From sequence record KY608965.1: a DNA stretch of 64,000 nucleotides. One strand, 5' to 3'. This document shows positions 55,006-64,000 of this stretch, in pieces (the stretch's first letter is position 1; each line of letters begins with the position of its first letter). Source of the stretch: Escherichia phage phiEC1. Below the pieces are notes generated by a model. The model was not told where the DNA came from. It did not search any database and worked only from the letters and a program-made list of their open reading frames with translations. The translations under genes were made by a program, and so were the position numbers.

Positions 55006-56819
55006 TGGTGTTTAACCCTATGCATTATTTCTTTATTTTTACCGAGATTAAATCCGCGTTCGTTCGGATTTCCCAGGTAGCCGCATGTTCTTCTTATTGT
55101 GTTCATCTTTTTAGGATCAGTTTCTCCACAAACTGAACAAACAAATCCGTTTTCAGTCGGAGTCATTTCATGGGTACTTCCACATGTAAAACATTTATCT
55201 ACTGGCATATTAACACCAAAATAATCTAAATGTTGTGCAGCATAATCCCATACAGCCTCAAGACCTTTTAGGTTATTTTTCATATCAGGAAGTTCAACAT
55301 AAGAAATGTGACCACCTGTCGCAATGAAATGATACGGCGCTTCACGAGAAATCTTTTCAAACGGAGTAATATTTTCTTCTACTGAAACATGGAAACTATT
55401 AGTGTACCAGCCTTTATCGGTAACATCTTTTACGCTTCCATATTTTTCAGTATCAAGTTTACAGAAGCGATAACAAAGGTTTTCAGCAGGAGTAGAATAT
55501 AAACTAAAAGCAAATCCAGTTCTTTCGGTCCACTGTTTAAGATGAGCATTCATTTTAGTTAAAATTTCTTGTCCAATATCACGACCAACAAGAATATTCA
55601 ATTCATGAATACCAATGTATCCTAAAGACACTGAACTTCTACCGTTTTTAAATAACTCAATTATATCGTCGTCAGGTTTAAGACGAACCCCGAATGCACC
55701 TTCTTGGTAAAGAATAGGAGCTACAGTTGCTTTAACACCCTTTAAAGAACTAATTCTACACATCAAGGCTTCAAAACACAGATCCATTCGTTCATTAAAT
55801 AGCTCAACAAATTTCTGTTCATTGAACTGTGTTCCAATATAAGAATCTAATGCAATGCGAGGAAGATTCAATGTTACAACACCGAGATTATTACGTCCAT
55901 CAAGAATTTCATTACCAGTCGAATCTTTCCATACGCTCAAGAAACTACGGCAACCCATTGGAGAAACTGGAACTGAAGAACCGGTAATAGCTTTATTATT
56001 CTTAACAGAAATAATGTCAGGATACATTCTTTTGCTTGCACACTCTAGAGCGAGTTGCTTAATATCATAGTTCGGATCGTCTTTATAAAGATTAACACCC
56101 TCTTCAACAAACATAACAAGTTTAGGAAAAATAGGAGTTATTCCATCACGACCAAGTCCTTTAATGCGGTTTTTAAGAATTGCCTTCTGAATCATTCGTT
56201 CGGTCCAATCGGTTCCTGTTCCAAATGTTATAGTAACAAAAGGAGTTTGACCGTTTGAACTAAAAAGAGTATTTACTTCATATTCATAAGCTTGGAATGC
56301 ATCGTATACGTCTTTTTCTGTTTTAGATTGAGCATAATTCAACGCATCAGCGATTTGCCATTTTTCTGCATCCTCAATATGTTTTGCATAGGTGCGTTTA
56401 ACATAAGGAGAAAGAACTTTATCGACATTAGCAAATGTAGTTCCGCCGTATTGATGGGAAGCAACTTGTGCAGTAATTTGTGCCATAATTGCAGTAGCAA
56501 CACCAATCGATTTAGGCGTTTCGATTTGAGCATTGCCTAATTTAAAACCATTCTCAAGCATCCCCTTTAAATCGACTAAACAGCAATTAGTAAATGGAAG
56601 AGCAGGAGAATAATCAATATCATGCATGTGAATGATTCCACTTTCATGCGCATTCATAATAAAAGACGGGACCATATTTTTGGCAATGTGCTTAGACACA
56701 ATACCAGCCATAAGGTCCCGTTGAGTTGGAAAAACACGAGAATCTTTATTAGCATTCTCGTTCAAAAGATCTTTATTAGTTTTATAAATTAATCCTTCAA
56801 TTTCTTTTTCAATTTTCAT
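55002..56819 (-). CDS. nrdD: anaerobic ribonucleoside-triphosphate reductase (glycyl radical enzyme), uninterrupted
   Basis: 605 aa continuous ORF with C-terminal zinc ribbon and glycyl-radical region (RRTCGYLG); no intron. Confidence 0.95.
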   Translation of the reverse strand: MKIEKEIEGLIYKTNKDLLNENANKDSRVFPTQRDLMAGIVSKHIAKNMVPSFIMNAHESGIIHMHDIDYSPALPFTNCCLVDLKGMLENGFKLGNAQIETPKSIGVATAIMAQITAQVASHQYGGTTFANVDKVLSPYVKRTYAKHIEDAEKWQIADALNYAQSKTEKDVYDAFQAYEYEVNTLFSSNGQTPFVTITFGTGTDWTERMIQKAILKNRIKGLGRDGITPIFPKLVMFVEEGVNLYKDDPNYDIKQLALECASKRMYPDIISVKNNKAITGSSVPVSPMGCRSFLSVWKDSTGNEILDGRNNLGVVTLNLPRIALDSYIGTQFNEQKFVELFNERMDLCFEALMCRISSLKGVKATVAPILYQEGAFGVRLKPDDDIIELFKNGRSSVSLGYIGIHELNILVGRDIGQEILTKMNAHLKQWTERTGFAFSLYSTPAENLCYRFCKLDTEKYGSVKDVTDKGWYTNSFHVSVEENITPFEKISREAPYHFIATGGHISYVELPDMKNNLKGLEAVWDYAAQHLDYFGVNMPVDKCFTCGSTHEMTPTENGFVCSVCGETDPKKMNTIRRTCGYLGNPNERGFNLGKNKEIMHRVKHQ

Positions 56820-57289
56820 TTTAAACTCTTTCTAAGCTGCTTTTTGAATGAAGCTATTAATTGTGTTTTAGTATCAGATTCATTATATTCAAATCCTCTT
56901 TGAAGCATCTCGGTCATCATTTCCTCTTTACCTAGTCTTGAGAACTCTTTAGTTTTGTCTGGAACAAAATTAGGATGGATATTATTATCAGAATAATCTT
57001 GTTTCAAATAAGCAAGAAGAGCTTCAAGCCATTCGAGGTAATCAACGTTTTGACCTTTAAGACCAGAACGGTTGAACTTATGCTTCATTTGACCTTCTGC
57101 TGCATTGCACAGGTTACATAGTAAACCACGAACCTTACCAGCTTTTGGCCCGTTTAATTCGTGGTCGTGGTCAAGATGGTTACCTTGAACATCAGGGTCT
57201 AATTCACGGTGGCAAATAGGACACTTACCATTCTGTGCGTCATAAAATTTTTGTTTTTCTTCTTTGTATTTTGCGCCTGATAATAACAT
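56816..57289 (-). CDS. 49: endonuclease VII (Holliday junction resolvase)
   Basis: 157 aa; MLLSGAKYKEEKQKFYDAQNGKCPIC...HLDHDHELNGPKAGKVRGLLCNLCN matches T4 gp49 as recalled. Confidence 0.9.
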   Translation of the reverse strand: MLLSGAKYKEEKQKFYDAQNGKCPICHRELDPDVQGNHLDHDHELNGPKAGKVRGLLCNLCNAAEGQMKHKFNRSGLKGQNVDYLEWLEALLAYLKQDYSDNNIHPNFVPDKTKEFSRLGKEEMMTEMLQRGFEYNESDTKTQLIASFKKQLRKSLK

Positions 57290-57293
57290 GATA

Positions 57294-57317
57294 TACCCTT
57301 ACCTTAAATAGATAAGG
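57294..57317 (-). promoter_or_regulatory. SD-sequestering hairpin upstream of gene 49
   Basis: ACCCTTA/TAAGGGT inverted repeat; the 3' arm contains the AAGGG SD of gene 49. Confidence 0.35.
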
Positions 57318-57324
57318 GTATTTA

Positions 57325-57738
57325 TTAACTTAAACGTCTTTCTAAATATTCAATGTATTCTGCGGCTGCTTGCATCAGATTACCTTCATAGCCGTCGTTA
57401 TTTTCTTGTCCGGCTAATTTAGCTAATGCATAAGAAATTCGTTCACCTTCGAATTCGCCAAGTCCACCATCACAAACTACTTGGTCAATTTCTTCGAGTT
57501 CATCTATTGAATGGGATTCCCAGAAGCACCAAAGACAAGTATCACGGTCATAGATGCAAAGTTTCTCACCTGTGTTCAACATCACTTCGATAATGCCATG
57601 GTCGCCATAACCATCTTCGGTAGTAGTACCAATTACCTTGATGATTGTTCCTTTCTTTAATTCAGGAAACTTGTCTTGTAGTTCTTCGTCTTCTTTAACA
57701 ATCTTGAACCATTTACCGCGAGTTTCAGAAATATTCAT
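57325..57738 (-). CDS. hypothetical acidic protein (137 aa from internal ATG)
   Basis: Track ORF extends to 57876 but overlaps the upstream small gene; ATG at 57738 follows its stop. Confidence 0.4.
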   Translation of the reverse strand: MNISETRGKWFKIVKEDEELQDKFPELKKGTIIKVIGTTTEDGYGDHGIIEVMLNTGEKLCIYDRDTCLWCFWESHSIDELEEIDQVVCDGGLGEFEGERISYALAKLAGQENNDGYEGNLMQAAAEYIEYLERRLS

Positions 57739-57739
57739 A

Positions 57740-57910
57740 TCAATATTCTCTATAAAAGTTACGATGAGAACGTTTAGCTTTGCGAAGCTGACGTTTAGTA
57801 GGACGAACTGTAAATGGTTGTCCAGAGAAAAAATTCGGATCGGTTTTAATAAGCAAATACCAATCATGCTTGCCATTTTTTAATAAACGGTACAATAATT
57901 TAACTTGCAT
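57740..57910 (-). CDS. hypothetical basic protein (56 aa)
   Basis: Track start is TTG; ATG at 57910 with GGAAGAGA SD. Confidence 0.35.
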   Translation of the reverse strand: MQVKLLYRLLKNGKHDWYLLIKTDPNFFSGQPFTVRPTKRQLRKAKRSHRNFYREY

Positions 57911-58038
57911 AATAATCTCTTCCCATTTCCATATCAATTAATTCATTTATTGAAGGTTCATCATAACATGGTTCTTCGTCGTTGTAAACAGTTTCGACGT
58001 CTGGCTCGACAGTCTCCCATCGAGCAGAATACCACGGT

Positions 58039-58395
58039 TTAACCCCGGAGTTTATTGAGCTCTTCATAATCAATCCAGGATTCTAGTCCGGATGGCAGGT
58101 CACATTCAATGTTCCACAGAAGCTCTTCAATGGCTTGCAGGCGATTATATTCTTCAACGGTAATGGTAACCATTGGTGCAACCGGTTCTGCCTTTTTAAC
58201 CATTATATCGTTCATCAGGACGTAAAGGTCATCACGAACGACGGTGTCGTTCCAACCCCATGATTTGGCTTCGTAAGCTAATGATGAAGGGAGCACATTT
58301 AAAACTTCAATAATAGTTGGAGCATCAGGACCAAGTTCATTGGCACAAACTTCGTATACATCTTGGAAATCTTTAAGATTTAATGAATATGTCAT
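58039..58395 (-). CDS. hypothetical acidic protein (118 aa)
   Basis: ATG start; ATGA coupling to nrdC. Confidence 0.5.
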   Translation of the reverse strand: MTYSLNLKDFQDVYEVCANELGPDAPTIIEVLNVLPSSLAYEAKSWGWNDTVVRDDLYVLMNDIMVKKAEPVAPMVTITVEEYNRLQAIEELLWNIECDLPSGLESWIDYEELNKLRG

Positions 58396-58655
58396 TTAAA
58401 ATATTCTCGTAGTTGGTCAAAGCCACCAATCGAAGTTCCATCAGGAGCAAACACTTGGGGCATAGTCAATCCGACTTGTGATTCACGTCCAAGCTTAACC
58501 AGAAGCTCAGCAATTTTCTCATCATCAAAAACACCTTTTTCTGGCATAACATTAATGAATTCAAATGGCTGTTTCTTAACAGTCAGCAATCGTTTCGCAT
58601 TATCACAATAAATGCATTTATGAATAGTAGAGTCGTACCCGTACACTTTAAACAT
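58392..58655 (-). CDS. nrdC: thioredoxin/glutaredoxin NrdC
   Basis: Start set to ATG at 58655 (MFKVYGYDSTIHKCIYCDNAKRLL...), 87 aa as in T4 NrdC; CIYC active site. Confidence 0.85.
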   Translation of the reverse strand: MFKVYGYDSTIHKCIYCDNAKRLLTVKKQPFEFINVMPEKGVFDDEKIAELLVKLGRESQVGLTMPQVFAPDGTSIGGFDQLREYFK

Positions 58656-59061
58656 TATTTTTCCTTTCATCGATTAAATATGCAATGCCAAATACAATAC
58701 ATGTAATAAAACCTGTGATACAGATAGAAACCAACAACACTGTACCAAAGAACCAAATCAAGTTATCTTTAGTAGTTTGTTTGATATCCATCTCACGAAT
58801 TTCTATAGCTATCGTATCACCTTTATTCAGAAGCGTATAAAACGATGGTGATACATGCCTGTCAAAAACTCGTCCTTGCTCATCTTTATAGACTGCAATA
58901 AATTCTAATTTAGAATATTTTCCTGTAGATTGACCTGAAATTAATTCCACTACCTCCACAGGAATTACTTTAGTTTCCATGTAAGTATTCTGGCTGTTCC
59001 AAATGAATGGAATAATAGCAAAAACTAAAGCTGCGATAAAACAACGAAGGCTATATCTCAT
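58648..59061 (-). CDS. membrane protein (137 aa, N- and C-terminal transmembrane helices)
   Basis: ATG start; TAATG coupling. Confidence 0.5.
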   Translation of the reverse strand: MRYSLRCFIAALVFAIIPFIWNSQNTYMETKVIPVEVVELISGQSTGKYSKLEFIAVYKDEQGRVFDRHVSPSFYTLLNKGDTIAIEIREMDIKQTTKDNLIWFFGTVLLVSICITGFITCIVFGIAYLIDERKNNV

Positions 59062-59366
59062 TATAATGTTCTCTCAAATTTGTGGAAGCATTTACGGCAT
59101 TTCAATTTCAAGTTATCAGTGGTCCAGTTAACCAGTTGGACTTGGATAGTTCCACATTCCGGGCATGGATGTTTTGCTGCCGATTTGGCAGCATTTTCAC
59201 GTCGTTCAACCATTTTCATTATTTCGTTCCATGCCGGAGGAACGAACTCTTCTTCACCATGAATTTTATCTCGCTGAACAAATTCAATCTTTGAACTATC
59301 ATCAATAAACTTAACTAAGCCATGATTAGTGCTCATATCAATATCCTCTAGAAGACGTAGGTTCAT
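59061..59366 (-). CDS. zinc-ribbon protein (101 aa)
   Basis: CPECG...CRKC motif; ATG start. Confidence 0.5.
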   Translation of the reverse strand: MNLRLLEDIDMSTNHGLVKFIDDSSKIEFVQRDKIHGEEEFVPPAWNEIMKMVERRENAAKSAAKHPCPECGTIQVQLVNWTTDNLKLKCRKCFHKFERTL

Positions 59367-60316
59367 TATAACACCTCAATGGCATTTCGTAAACCGTCCG
59401 CTTTCGCATTCAGAGCTTTTAACGATTTAGTTTGTTCTGCAATCTGGGCTTCGACTTCTTTCAGACGAGATTTGAGGTACTCACGTTCTTCGCTCAAGTT
59501 GTCAACTTTTTCTACTTTAGGTTCTTTAATAGTCTTAAGTTTATACTCGTTAGGGTTCTTCAACTTAATTCGGGTACGAGAACTATATAACATTGATCCG
59601 TTATCTTCGGATTCGTCGAACGTTTCAACAACATCCATAGTCTCTAACAATGTAATAAGTTTATAAGACAACGAACGAATAGTTTTGTTGTGCTTATTAA
59701 TTTCTTCGGCTTTCATGGTACCGAGATTACGTGAGTAGTAATAAGGAACCTGGATATCAATTGATAATGATGCGTTACCATTACCAGTTGGTTTGAATAC
59801 TGCAGTAACCCAATCTTTAACATGAACTTTATTTGTACGGCCATCACCGCCAGTGAATAATTTACGAGAATGTTTAAAAAGCATATTCACTTGTTTATTG
59901 AATTCACAAGCAAATTTATCAGCAAATTTAGTTTCAGGAATGGTAGATAACCAATCAGCCAAATGAGTCTTTTTAACATCATTAACAATAGTGAATTCAA
60001 CCAAATCGGTTTTAGATGTCACAGATTTAATAAAGCTCGGCTTCATAAAGTTTTTGATGTTATCACGAGCTACAGTAGAAGATAATAAACGAGAACGTTT
60101 GAACCATTGAAGCAGGGTCCCTAATGAATGAGAATACGCATTCTGAGTATCTTTACAGATATGATTTTCTTGGCCTGTGTATGTACCAAAATCGCGAAGA
60201 ATACCACTTACTACATCTCGGTGTGGAACATCAAATCCTAGTGCACCAACAGCGCGCTGGGCATGAACGTTAGCGATAAGACCGGCAAAGTATTCAATGT
60301 AATGTGAACGTGTCAT
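59366..60316 (-). CDS. hypothetical protein with C-terminal coiled coil (316 aa)
   Basis: ATG start; C-terminal heptad-rich segment; family-2 promoter module upstream. Confidence 0.5.
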   Translation of the reverse strand: MTRSHYIEYFAGLIANVHAQRAVGALGFDVPHRDVVSGILRDFGTYTGQENHICKDTQNAYSHSLGTLLQWFKRSRLLSSTVARDNIKNFMKPSFIKSVTSKTDLVEFTIVNDVKKTHLADWLSTIPETKFADKFACEFNKQVNMLFKHSRKLFTGGDGRTNKVHVKDWVTAVFKPTGNGNASLSIDIQVPYYYSRNLGTMKAEEINKHNKTIRSLSYKLITLLETMDVVETFDESEDNGSMLYSSRTRIKLKNPNEYKLKTIKEPKVEKVDNLSEEREYLKSRLKEVEAQIAEQTKSLKALNAKADGLRNAIEVL

Positions 60317-60344
60317 AATATTTTCCTCTCGTTAAGATAGATTC

Positions 60345-60374
60345 ATTATACTCAAACCATCCTTGGTTGTAAAC
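60345..60374 (-). promoter_or_regulatory. early promoter (GTTTAC N18 TATAAT), repeat family 2
   Basis: Module gttaagatag...ttatactcaaaccatccttggttgtaaac at 60331-60374. Confidence 0.5.
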
Positions 60375-60378
60375 TGAT

Positions 60379-61335
60379 TTATGATTTTAATGCATTCATT
60401 GCGTTAAAAAGTTTAGAGTACTGCAACTGGAGATTGGTCACCACCTGTTGAGCATCACGAAGCTTAGCTTGTGCCTTATCAAGTTCAGCAGACAGTTGGT
60501 CTACAGTAGCCTTGATTTGATTGTAATGATAATCTTCAGCCGGAAGAAGGTCATTAGAAACATTTAGTTTTACTGCCGACAGTTTGCACACATTTGGCGA
60601 ACCTTTAAACATACCAGATTGTGCTGGAGAATATGCGCCTAGAACCTCTGCATTACCGACTGGTGTTGCTGTAATATTGCCTTCAAACAATGCATTTTCC
60701 TTTTTAAGATTTTGATAGTATTCAGAGTCTTTGTGCCACCATGGTGCAGGAACCTTTTTACCAATAGATACACGAGCCTGGATAGCGATATGGCCCTTAT
60801 TCTTGATAACGTCGATAATATTAAGCTCACGAGAATAAATTGCTTTAATCTCGTGGATATTATCACCTAAAACTTCCAACGCTTGATGGAATACACGAGC
60901 AACGTTATCATTCTTAGGTTTATACGTAAGAGTAAACTCATTCTCACTGATAACCATGATTTCTAACTTATCGTAAGTATATTTCAAATGTTTCATGTTA
61001 ATTGCTTGAGGACGAATACGAGAAGCAATGGCCATCAAATTGTTAAGGTTATTTCTGAACTGTTTAGCAAAATATTGTCCATAACCGCCAATACAAAAAT
61101 TACGAAGTTTCTGTTTGGCCAGTAAACGGCTGAACTCACCATTTTTAATGAACTCTTTAACGGGTGTGTTAGTAACACATTCAAATTGAGTAAACTTACG
61201 AGAATTAATCCCATAATACGAACAGATTTCCTCAATCTCTTCAGGAGTCTTTACAGGCATACGGATAGGATTAGGTCCTGGAGTATATGCGTTCGAGGTA
61301 AATTCTTTGATAAGTTCTCTACGTGTAATAGCCAT
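60379..61335 (-). CDS. hypothetical protein with C-terminal coiled coil (318 aa)
   Basis: ATG start; C-terminal coiled coil. Confidence 0.5.
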   Translation of the reverse strand: MAITRRELIKEFTSNAYTPGPNPIRMPVKTPEEIEEICSYYGINSRKFTQFECVTNTPVKEFIKNGEFSRLLAKQKLRNFCIGGYGQYFAKQFRNNLNNLMAIASRIRPQAINMKHLKYTYDKLEIMVISENEFTLTYKPKNDNVARVFHQALEVLGDNIHEIKAIYSRELNIIDVIKNKGHIAIQARVSIGKKVPAPWWHKDSEYYQNLKKENALFEGNITATPVGNAEVLGAYSPAQSGMFKGSPNVCKLSAVKLNVSNDLLPAEDYHYNQIKATVDQLSAELDKAQAKLRDAQQVVTNLQLQYSKLFNAMNALKS

Positions 61336-61362
61336 TTTATATTCCTCATGTTGAAAAATTTA

Positions 61363-61391
61363 TTATACTCCAACCATCCTTGGTTGTACAT
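61363..61391 (-). promoter_or_regulatory. early promoter (-10 TATAAT), repeat family 2
   Basis: Module ttatactccaaccatccttggttgtaca. Confidence 0.45.
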
Positions 61392-62386
61392 CATTCCTTA
61401 AGAAGTTTTACTACTTGAATAAGATTAGCTCGTTCTGTTTTATTTTTACCGTTTAAGCCTGCTAATCGTGAGATTTCATCGTCAGTCTGTTGAATAGTTA
61501 CATTAAGTTCGTTAATCAAAGCTTCAAAGTATTTGATTTGCTCAGCATGTTTTGATTCAAATTTCTGAACCGGAATAACGTCTTGGTTTAGTTCGTCAAT
61601 AAGGTCTTTAAGAGCATCTTCTTGGTTGATATCGTATTCAACTTCTTTTATTTCTTCAACGAGCTCGTCTTTATATCTAACGTCTTTTAGTCCTGGAGCT
61701 GGTCCTGAAATCTCTTCTTTAAGAGTACAAACATACCCAATACGGTATCCAATGCCGTCTCGCTTGATATCAACTTCGTCGATAAATCCACAATGTTTAA
61801 GACCAGAGCCGATTATGTCAAAATATCCTTGACGTCGTCCTTCAAACGTTACACGAACTACTAAGACAGTTTTGCCACCGACCTTTTGAAGCTCACATTT
61901 ATAAAAGTTTGTTGAACCTGAATAACGTGGATGAGTTTTAAAGTTCATCTGACGATCTAAGCCCATTTGTAAACGTGCTGTTACAGCCATAAAACGTGTT
62001 TGGTTCTCGTTAAGATGAGCAACGATCCATTTCAAAGGCATTTTACACTGTTCACGTCCGAACAAATCAGTACGTCCTAGATTACGCAGGATGTTGTTAG
62101 AGTTAATCATCGACAGAACGTTAAGTTTATTCAGCGCGCTGAAGATTCCATCAGCCATTGATTTTCCATAACCTTTACACGCTTTAATAAGCGCTCGCGG
62201 CAGATTAGTATAGATTTCAGACGGCATATGAAAATCAAATTTACTAGTCAGTAATTGATGAACTTGGATAGCAATTTGCTCATAATTAAGTGCTCTGCGA
62301 TCGTTATGGTCTTTAAACCACACTTTAATCTGTGAAGCACATAAACCGTTAATTTCATGTTTTACCGCATCAGATGTAATGCTCAT
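61391..62386 (-). CDS. hypothetical protein with C-terminal coiled coil (331 aa)
   Basis: ATG start; C-terminal coiled coil. Confidence 0.5.
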   Translation of the reverse strand: MSITSDAVKHEINGLCASQIKVWFKDHNDRRALNYEQIAIQVHQLLTSKFDFHMPSEIYTNLPRALIKACKGYGKSMADGIFSALNKLNVLSMINSNNILRNLGRTDLFGREQCKMPLKWIVAHLNENQTRFMAVTARLQMGLDRQMNFKTHPRYSGSTNFYKCELQKVGGKTVLVVRVTFEGRRQGYFDIIGSGLKHCGFIDEVDIKRDGIGYRIGYVCTLKEEISGPAPGLKDVRYKDELVEEIKEVEYDINQEDALKDLIDELNQDVIPVQKFESKHAEQIKYFEALINELNVTIQQTDDEISRLAGLNGKNKTERANLIQVVKLLKE

Positions 62387-62448
62387 AACTATTTCCTCAG
62401 ATTGAATTGGAACTCAAAACCATTATAACCCGTCCTTGGGTAAAGCGT

Positions 62449-62976
62449 TTATGCGTGAACCGTCTTTAAACGTTCTTCAAATTTCCTAAGAGTACTAATA
62501 CGTTCTGCTTTCTGTTTTGTGTAGTTTGCAATACGTTCTGAAGTGAGAGCGTATCGTTCGTTTACTGTTTCTTTCATGAAGTCAGGGATTTCACGAGAAG
62601 CTTTAATTTCATCAAACTTATCAAGTACTGCCTGATCTTCAGCGATTAAATTTTCGTACATCTCGATATCTTTCTTGATGAAGTCGATATCTTCCTGGGT
62701 TACTTTGGATAAACGAGATGCTTTATCCTTTTTGTACTGCTCGTTAGTTTCACGAGACCAGAATAATGTACGTTTTTTGTTAGTGTTTTTGTAGACTTCC
62801 ACAATTCCAACTGAATCGATGATAACAATCCAATTCCAGCGAGATTTGAAAATCTGACCTCCATCCACGGTAATCTCGTTACCATAAGCAACATCGTTAA
62901 AGAACTTGCTTTGTGCTTCAGATTTAAATTTACCGTCGTTATAATTTACCAGGTTGAAAATATCTTTAGCGTTCAT
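62449..62976 (-). CDS. hypothetical protein (175 aa)
   Basis: ATG start with GGAGG SD. Confidence 0.5.
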   Translation of the reverse strand: MNAKDIFNLVNYNDGKFKSEAQSKFFNDVAYGNEITVDGGQIFKSRWNWIVIIDSVGIVEVYKNTNKKRTLFWSRETNEQYKKDKASRLSKVTQEDIDFIKKDIEMYENLIAEDQAVLDKFDEIKASREIPDFMKETVNERYALTSERIANYTKQKAERISTLRKFEERLKTVHA

Positions 62977-63003
62977 GTTTTACCTCCAGTAGTTGATAGG
63001 TCT

Positions 63004-63032
63004 ATAATAACATAACCATAGACCTTGTAAAC
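63004..63032 (-). promoter_or_regulatory. early promoter (GTTTAC N17 TATTAT)
   Basis: Shares the 27-mer ccagtagttgataggtctataataaca with the promoter at 29617-29643. Confidence 0.55.
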
Positions 63033-63034
63033 AA

Positions 63035-63322
63035 CTAAAAGAAACTTTTTTCGGTATTTTTTCCACTGAACCAAACAGACTTCGGGATTTTTTGTAATTT
63101 TTCAGATTTAAGTTTCTCTTCCTGTTCTTTCTTATATACACTCTTGTCGTACTGGAGCATCTCTATGGCATTCTTTTGCAAACGATCTAAGGTAATTAAG
63201 GCTTTAGTTTTTCCTTTCAAGGAAGAGTCCTGGCGAACCTCCTCGCTATATTGCATTGTAGAACTAACCATACGATGAGCATAGAGTTCGACTGCAGCTT
63301 TAATTTTTTGCATAAAATCCAT
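63035..63322 (-). CDS. hypothetical protein (95 aa)
   Basis: ATG with AAGAGGA SD. Confidence 0.45.
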   Translation of the reverse strand: MDFMQKIKAAVELYAHRMVSSTMQYSEEVRQDSSLKGKTKALITLDRLQKNAIEMLQYDKSVYKKEQEEKLKSEKLQKIPKSVWFSGKNTEKSFF

Positions 63323-63460
63323 AACATATCCTCTTTGATTTGTACATCATTATTTTTAAATATTTCTATGCCCTCAGTAGGTTCCTGGTGTCCTTCTTTG
63401 AGGTAAGCCATATGATTATTCATCTTTATGGCTTTTGTTACCTCAGAACTTCCTATAAGC

Positions 63461-63928
63461 TTATTTCAGTAAAGTTACTTCGGAGATTTCCTCCCAACCA
63501 TCTTTATCAGTTGAAATAAAATCTGCTACATAAAGAGCCGTACGTAATGATACATTGCGAAGACGAGATACGTTAGCCTTCATCCAGGACAATGCTTTGT
63601 ACGTTTCAGCATCAGTCAGACCACGTTTCTGCATCATGTCAGTAGATAATATTACGTCTTCAACTCGAACCATAATCTCTTCATTAGAGTGTACTCCAAG
63701 GTCGAGATACACTGAACGAGATACTAAAGCTTGAAGGTGTGGGGCAAGTTTCGAACCACGTTCTAACTCTTTATCGATATCAACGTTTGTAATGAAAACG
63801 ATAGTACCTTCAAACTCAAATTCTTTATCGATACCCTTATCATCAAGATAAGATGATGCAGTGCTCCAGCAAACTTTGCGTTTATCACCGGTATCTAATG
63901 CTGCTTTAAGAAGGTTCAAGATGTCCAT
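63461..63928 (-). CDS. hypothetical protein (155 aa)
   Basis: ATG start with an in-frame stop upstream at 63953-63955, so the gene is complete; the 3' end of a further upstream gene probably occupies 63956-64000. Confidence 0.5.
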   Translation of the reverse strand: MDILNLLKAALDTGDKRKVCWSTASSYLDDKGIDKEFEFEGTIVFITNVDIDKELERGSKLAPHLQALVSRSVYLDLGVHSNEEIMVRVEDVILSTDMMQKRGLTDAETYKALSWMKANVSRLRNVSLRTALYVADFISTDKDGWEEISEVTLLK

Positions 63929-64000
63929 ATCCGAGAATACGTCAACGTCGTCGATTAAGAGAACGCTGTCTGCATCACGGTTGAGCCAAAGTTGTTCGTA

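Noticed and set aside
55002-56819. Group I intron or homing endonuclease within nrdD, as in T4
   Set aside because: The ORF is continuous for 605 aa with no interruption.
3921-63032. Dispersed short repeats (taggtctataatatcat, aggactactata, ccaaccatccttggttgtaaac) as a possible CRISPR array or transposon ends
   Set aside because: Copies are not regularly spaced, are not separated by unique spacers of uniform length, and each sits about 30-60 nt upstream of a start codon with promoter hexamers; they are promoter modules.
1-64000. tRNA, rRNA or other structured RNA genes
   Set aside because: No cloverleaf-like region outside coding sequence was seen; intergenic space is almost fully taken by promoters and terminators. 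A tRNAscan-SE run would be needed to exclude them.

Overview
This window is a ~64 kb stretch of a T-even (T4-like) myovirus genome, running in T4 map order from the end of tail-fibre gene 38 and holin t, through the host-takeover genes (asiA, motA, ndd, rIIB, rIIA), the topoisomerase, helicase and replication genes (52, 39, dexA, dda, 61, 41, uvsX, 43, regA, 62, 44, 45, 46, 47), to 55 and the anaerobic ribonucleotide reductase region (nrdH, nrdG, nrdD, 49, nrdC). Nearly all genes are on the minus strand, tightly packed and often translationally coupled (ATGA or TAATG overlaps). The DNA polymerase N-terminus matches the RB69-type sequence as I recall it, not T4; this is recollection, not a database hit. 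Differences from T4: gene 39 is a single fused 606-aa ORF, nrdD has no intron, and no alpha- or beta-glucosyltransferase, dam or imm homologue is recognisable at the canonical positions. The most interesting content is a candidate DNA sugar-hypermodification system. It comprises a GT-B glycosyltransferase between rIIA and 39, and an operon-like cassette between the gene 42-like enzyme and gene 43 that together look like a route to an NDP-pentose (arabinose-type) donor. The cassette encodes a SIS sugar-phosphate isomerase, a fused nucleotidyltransferase/kinase, a HAD phosphatase and a Cys-rich enzyme. Two unassigned genes (a P-loop kinase and a 299-aa protein) sit where T4 has beta-gt. The second notable layer is regulatory: several families of dispersed early-promoter modules (GTTTAC ... 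TATAAT-like) are embedded in inverted repeats that can sequester the downstream ribosome-binding site, including an exact 65-bp direct repeat and a four-copy repeat family in front of paralogous genes. No tRNA, rRNA or CRISPR array was found. The ORF track allows TTG/GTG starts, so many starts were re-set to the first ATG with a Shine-Dalgarno sequence. All coordinates and motif positions were worked out by hand and should be recomputed.
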